Assembly: GCA_902488815.1 (NCBI GenBank)
Contig: CABTXP010000001.1
Location: forward strand, 20,765-84,764
DNA length: 64,000 nt
Direction of reading: 5' to 3'
Source: an uncultured Eubacteriales bacterium
GTDB taxonomy: Bacteria > Bacillota > Clostridia > Tissierellales > Peptoniphilaceae
Position 1 is the stretch's first letter. The number at the start of each line of letters is the position of its first letter. The translations under genes were made by a program, and so were the position numbers. This document shows positions 59,876-64,000 of the stretch, piece by piece. Under the pieces are notes generated by a model. It did not search any database. It was not told the DNA's origin and worked only from the letters and a program-made list of their open reading frames with translations.

Positions 59876-61191
59876 TACTTGCTCCTCTTTATTTCTTCAA
59901 CCAAGGCATTAAATTCGTACAGGTTTTGTTCCCCAGTCTTCATATTTTTTAAAGTATATAGTTGTTTTTCAACTTCATTTTCTCCGATAACTGCAACATA
60001 AGGGATGTTTAAATCGTCTGCATACTTAAACTTCTTGCCCATCTTGCCCCCTTCGGTATATATACCGGCGGCCACTCCCACTTCTCTAAGGTCTCTTACA
60101 AGTGAAATGGACTCTTCAATATAGCCTTCCATGGGAATAATAAGTACGTCCACCATGGACTTCTTTTCGCTCTCAATAATGTTCTTCTCTCTCAGTTGAT
60201 AGAAGAGCCTCGAAAGTCCGATGGAAATTCCCACGCCGGGAAGTTTTGTCTTGGTATAGTTTGCAGCCAAGTTGTCGTATCTGCCACCTGAGCATACCGA
60301 TCCAAGCTCAGGATAGTCGTTTAAAAATGTTTCGTAGACAGTGCCTGTGTAGTAGTCCAGGCCGCGAGCAATTTTAATGTCAATGCCGTAGTTCTTTTCC
60401 GTAATGCCGAAGTCTTCCATGTACCTTGTCAAAAGGTCAAGCTCCATAACTCCTTCTCTGAACAAGTCCTTGTCAACAGAAAGTTTATTCAAAGCTTCAA
60501 TAGTCTCTTCACGTGAACCTTCAATGTTTAAAAATTCTCCGATTTTTTCAACTTGTGTGTCGGTAAGGCCTTCTTCTTTTAAAATTTCAAAGACGGCGTC
60601 CTTGCCGATTTTGTCAAGCTTGTCCACTGTGCGAAGTACTGTTGTAATGTCTTCAATGCCTAAGGAATTATAAAAGCCTGATAAAATTTTTCTGTTGTTC
60701 ACGTGGATTTTGAAATTGTCAAAGCCCATCTCTTTAAATATGTCGTAAATAATTACGGGAATTTCTCCGTCGTTTATAATGGACAGCTCCCCGTTACCTA
60801 TAATGTCAATGTCACATTGATAGAACTCGCGGAACCTGCCCTTTTGAGCTCTCTCGCCGCGATACACCTTGCCGATTTGATATCTTCTGAAGGGGAAGGA
60901 CAGTTCGCTGAAATGTTGGGCCACATATCTTGCAAGGGGCACTGTAAGGTCGAAGCGAAGTGCCATGTCCGTGGAGCCCTTTTCAAATCTGTAGATCTGT
61001 GTTTCAGTTTCGCCGCCCCCTTTTGCAAGGAGCACCTCCGACTTTTCAATCACAGGTGTGTCCAAGGGATAGAAGCCGTGAAACTCGTAGTTCTTTCTAA
61101 TGATGTCTTTTAATTTATTAAATAATATTTGGTCTTCGGGAAGCAGTTCTTGAAATCCCGGAAGAGTTGAAGGTTTTACAATGTCGTTCAT
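59875..61191 (-). CDS. hisS: Histidine--tRNA ligase
   Basis: LRFDLTVP, GRFREFYQCD, RGLDYYTG, GGRYD. ATG at 61191 follows AGGAG. Confidence 0.97.
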   Translation of the reverse strand: MNDIVKPSTLPGFQELLPEDQILFNKLKDIIRKNYEFHGFYPLDTPVIEKSEVLLAKGGGETETQIYRFEKGSTDMALRFDLTVPLARYVAQHFSELSFPFRRYQIGKVYRGERAQKGRFREFYQCDIDIIGNGELSIINDGEIPVIIYDIFKEMGFDNFKIHVNNRKILSGFYNSLGIEDITTVLRTVDKLDKIGKDAVFEILKEEGLTDTQVEKIGEFLNIEGSREETIEALNKLSVDKDLFREGVMELDLLTRYMEDFGITEKNYGIDIKIARGLDYYTGTVYETFLNDYPELGSVCSGGRYDNLAANYTKTKLPGVGISIGLSRLFYQLREKNIIESEKKSMVDVLIIPMEGYIEESISLVRDLREVGVAAGIYTEGGKMGKKFKYADDLNIPYVAVIGENEVEKQLYTLKNMKTGEQNLYEFNALVEEIKRSK

Positions 61192-61347
61192 ACAATCACT
61201 CCTTAATAAAAGTATAGCATAAACACGAGTTTTCAAAGTATTAACTTGCGTAAATTTCCCATGCTTTAATCAAGATACAGTGTTAAAATAATAATGTAGA
61301 GATTTTGGGTAACAATATACCGACTATAATAATAAGCAGGTGATTTA

Positions 61348-62160
61348 ATGAAATGGCAGAATAGAAAGAGAAGCGGAAATGTAAGAAGAGGCGGCGGCGC
61401 GGCAGGCTTGGGTATCGGAGGAATTGTACTTGTAATTATAGTAACTCTTTTGGGCGGAAACCCTCTGCCTTTAATTACGGGAGGAACCTTGGCAGGTCCT
61501 CAAGAAACTACGACGGAACTTAGAGACGACAGAGACCAATTCTTGGCAGTAGTGCTTCAAGATACGGAAGATGCATGGAACGAAATATTTAATGACTACG
61601 GCATGGAATATAAAGAACCTCAACTTGTCCTCTATGACAAGGGCGTTCAGACCAAGTGCGGATCGGCCACGTCACAAGTAGGACCTTTCTACTGCTCGGG
61701 AGATGAGACTGTCTATATTGACACAACCTTCTACGACGATTTGAAAAAGACCTTTGATGCCCCGGGAGACTTTGCCTTCGCCTATGTCTTGGCGCACGAA
61801 GTAGGTCATCACGTGCAAAACCAATTGGGCATTATGAATCAGGTCTATGCACAGAAGAGCTCTTTAAGTGAAGAGGAGTTTAACAAACTTTCAGTAAAGC
61901 TTGAACTGCAGGCGGATTATTTTGCCGGTGTCTTTGCAAAATATATACAGGGCAAGGGCTACTTGGAAGAAGGAGACATTGACGAGGCGCTTAATGCAGC
62001 CGCAGGTGTAGGCGACGACCGCATACAGGAGATGACCACGGGAGAAATCAGACCTGACAAATTCACCCACGGCACAAGTGAGCAGCGCAAGGAATGGTTT
62101 GTGCGCGGAATGAAGTACGGCGACATAGAACACTCGGACACATTTTCAGAAATAAAATAA
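61348..62160 (+). CDS. Neutral zinc metallopeptidase (YpfJ-like)
   Basis: GPFYC, YVLAHEVGHHVQ, ELQAD, FTHGTSEQR. Confidence 0.92.
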   Translation: MKWQNRKRSGNVRRGGGAAGLGIGGIVLVIIVTLLGGNPLPLITGGTLAGPQETTTELRDDRDQFLAVVLQDTEDAWNEIFNDYGMEYKEPQLVLYDKGVQTKCGSATSQVGPFYCSGDETVYIDTTFYDDLKKTFDAPGDFAFAYVLAHEVGHHVQNQLGIMNQVYAQKSSLSEEEFNKLSVKLELQADYFAGVFAKYIQGKGYLEEGDIDEALNAAAGVGDDRIQEMTTGEIRPDKFTHGTSEQRKEWFVRGMKYGDIEHSDTFSEIK

Positions 62161-62181
62161 AAGGACTTCGGTCCTTTTTTT
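62158..62181 (+). terminator. Intrinsic terminator
   Basis: AAAAGGAC-TTCG-GTCCTTTTTTT. Confidence 0.8.
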
Positions 62182-62307
62182 GTTGCGCATTTAAATTCTT
62201 TTCATTGTCACAATAATTTAACTCCTTCTTTACGTAGATAATACGAAAGCAATAAACTATTCTCATAAGATGTTCACGATAAAGAAGAGAAAAATTAAGG
62301 AGGAATT

Positions 62308-64000
62308 ATGAAAAATTTTAAAAAAAATGTATCTCTTTTATTATGCGTCTTAATGCTGATTCAAATATTTTCAGCGACAGGCGTATTCGCATTGGGAACA
62401 AACAGCTCCCTCGTTGACGAGGGAGAGAATGCAAGAAGAACGCCGGAAACTTTTATGAGGCTTAGGGCCAACGCTCCTTCCCCGGACAGAAGCGACGGAA
62501 CAATACCGATAGCAGAGGCCAGGACCAAGGCCAAAGATACCTTGGTGAAAGTAAAAGGTATTATAACTTTTATGGACCAATACAACGTCGTTATCCAAGA
62601 TGATACTGCAGGGATAAATATACACTATACTTTAGGTAAATCAGAATTCAGTCTTGGAGACGAGGTAATGTTTGAAGGTAAAATCGGCTCATACAACGGT
62701 TTACTTCAAATTGAATACAATAACCAAAAGTTACAAAAAATTGATAAGGACATTACTTTGCCGGAACCTTCCGAGATAACTGTTGAAGAACTAAAAGCAA
62801 ATGGTGAAAAATATGAATCTCAAAGAGTTTTAATAAAAGACTTTACTGTCGGCAAAATTTTCTTTCAAGGAAAGTCTGTCAATGTAGTACAAGAAGGCAA
62901 ATCCATCGCTCTTTTTGACAGAGACATTAATAAAGTTAAGAATTTCAAAGATTTTGTCGACGATAACAGCGACAAAAAAGTTCAAGGAATTTTTGTAGTC
63001 GGAGAATTTACAACCGGCAGTACTCCCAATTACCAACTAAATCTTGCAGATCTTGCAGATGTTAAGTTGGTTGAAGAAACTCCCCAAATTCAAACCTTAT
63101 CAATTAAAGAGGCCTCGGACCTGAAAGGACAGGACATAGTTGTCAAGACTGAAGGCGTAGTAACTTTTAAAGACAACCATTACTTTTTTATTCAAGACGA
63201 AACTGCCGGAATGGCCATTTACGTTTTAGACGCTACCGAAGATATATATCCTGAGTTGAAACTTGGAGACAAAGTAACTGTCTCAGGTAATGCCATTGAC
63301 CTTGACGGTGAATACTGGAGAGACAATGTAGAGGTTGTAGATAAATCGGATGGAACTCTTCCTCAACCTATAAATACGTATGTAAGCAGCATTCTCAATA
63401 ACGGCACGAATTTTGAAGCCAAAAGGGTGTCTATAAAATCTCTAAAGGTGGAATCAATTGCCGGAGATACAATCACTGTAAGTAAAGACGGCAAGACAAT
63501 TGATATTTTTGACAGAGGTGCAAAAAATCCTTTTAATCTAAAAAAAGGAGATGACATTGATGTCACAGGTGTTGTTGAAAACTTTAACTACGGCGGTTCA
63601 ACTGCGGACTACAAATTGAGAATTACTGAATGTAAGATCAATAAAAGCGTTGAAGCTTCAAATATTATTTCGATTGAAAGTGCAAGAGCCAAAGCTGCGG
63701 GAGAAAGTGTAAAGGTTAAAGGCATTGTAACTTTTATAGACGAAAACAATGTCATTATCCAAGACTCTACTGCAGGAATCGACATACACTACAAGAACGG
63801 CGCATCTAAATTTGCCTTGGGGGATGAAGTAATAGCTGAAGGAACAGTCGGAGAGTTCAACCATCTTCTTCAAATCGAACCCGTTAAGGTGGAAAAAATA
63901 TCTGCAGACAATGAACTTCCTACACCTGTTGAAATAAAAATTGCAGATCTTTTGAAAGACCCTGAAAAATATGAGTCTCAAAGAGTTTTAATAAAAAATG
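62308..64000 (+). CDS. Large secreted/surface protein with tandem OB-fold repeats (partial, runs off window end)
   Basis: AAGGAGG RBS, signal peptide MKNFKKNVSLLLCVLMLIQIFSATGVFA, and three repeats of I.EA...V.V.G.VTF...IQD.TAG...LGD.V...G. Absent from the ORF track, presumably because it has no stop in the window. Confidence 0.8.
   Translation, partial: MKNFKKNVSLLLCVLMLIQIFSATGVFALGTNSSLVDEGENARRTPETFMRLRANAPSPDRSDGTIPIAEARTKAKDTLVKVKGIITFMDQYNVVIQDDTAGINIHYTLGKSEFSLGDEVMFEGKIGSYNGLLQIEYNNQKLQKIDKDITLPEPSEITVEELKANGEKYESQRVLIKDFTVGKIFFQGKSVNVVQEGKSIALFDRDINKVKNFKDFVDDNSDKKVQGIFVVGEFTTGSTPNYQLNLADLADVKLVEETPQIQTLSIKEASDLKGQDIVVKTEGVVTFKDNHYFFIQDETAGMAIYVLDATEDIYPELKLGDKVTVSGNAIDLDGEYWRDNVEVVDKSDGTLPQPINTYVSSILNNGTNFEAKRVSIKSLKVESIAGDTITVSKDGKTIDIFDRGAKNPFNLKKGDDIDVTGVVENFNYGGSTADYKLRITECKINKSVEASNIISIESARAKAAGESVKVKGIVTFIDENNVIIQDSTAGIDIHYKNGASKFALGDEVIAEGTVGEFNHLLQIEPVKVEKISADNELPTPVEIKIADLLKDPEKYESQRVLIKN

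Overview
Mostly housekeeping chromosome of an anaerobic low-GC Firmicute. The gene content fits Tissierellia/Peptoniphilaceae (inferred from thyX inside the cysS operon, no sigH after yacP, and SLH and copper-amine-oxidase-N surface proteins); this taxonomy is not verified. Most genes lie on the minus strand: partial rpsF with its S6:S18 leader, glyA-ilvA, the cysS-mrnC-thyX-rlmB-yacP-trmB block with tRNA-Thr(GGT), a Bce-type module with a D,D-carboxypeptidase, groESL (CIRCE), ogg, rex, murA-opp-MFS, metG-tatD-rnmV-rsmA, and a hisS-hutH-ftcD-fhs operon. Plus-strand units include an Fe/sugar-phosphate-type ABC operon with TIM-barrel and PHP enzymes, metNIQ, a TlpA/CXXC-peptide/4Fe-4S operon beside a VncRS-like two-component system, an ABC-F ATPase and a large OB-fold surface protein running off the end. 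I saw no CRISPR array, integrase, transposase or prophage. The most unusual signals are: (1) a family of 12 oriented modular palindromes (GGGGACATTC-variable hairpin-GTGTGTCCCC) in three clusters, two of which share a 3-forward/2-reverse layout with an exactly 100-bp central gap; (2) an apparent AUA start codon for rsmA/ksgA; (3) arrays of TGTAAC direct repeats at an ~11-bp pitch, including one beside the tRNA 3' end. All annotation is by eye, with no database searches.
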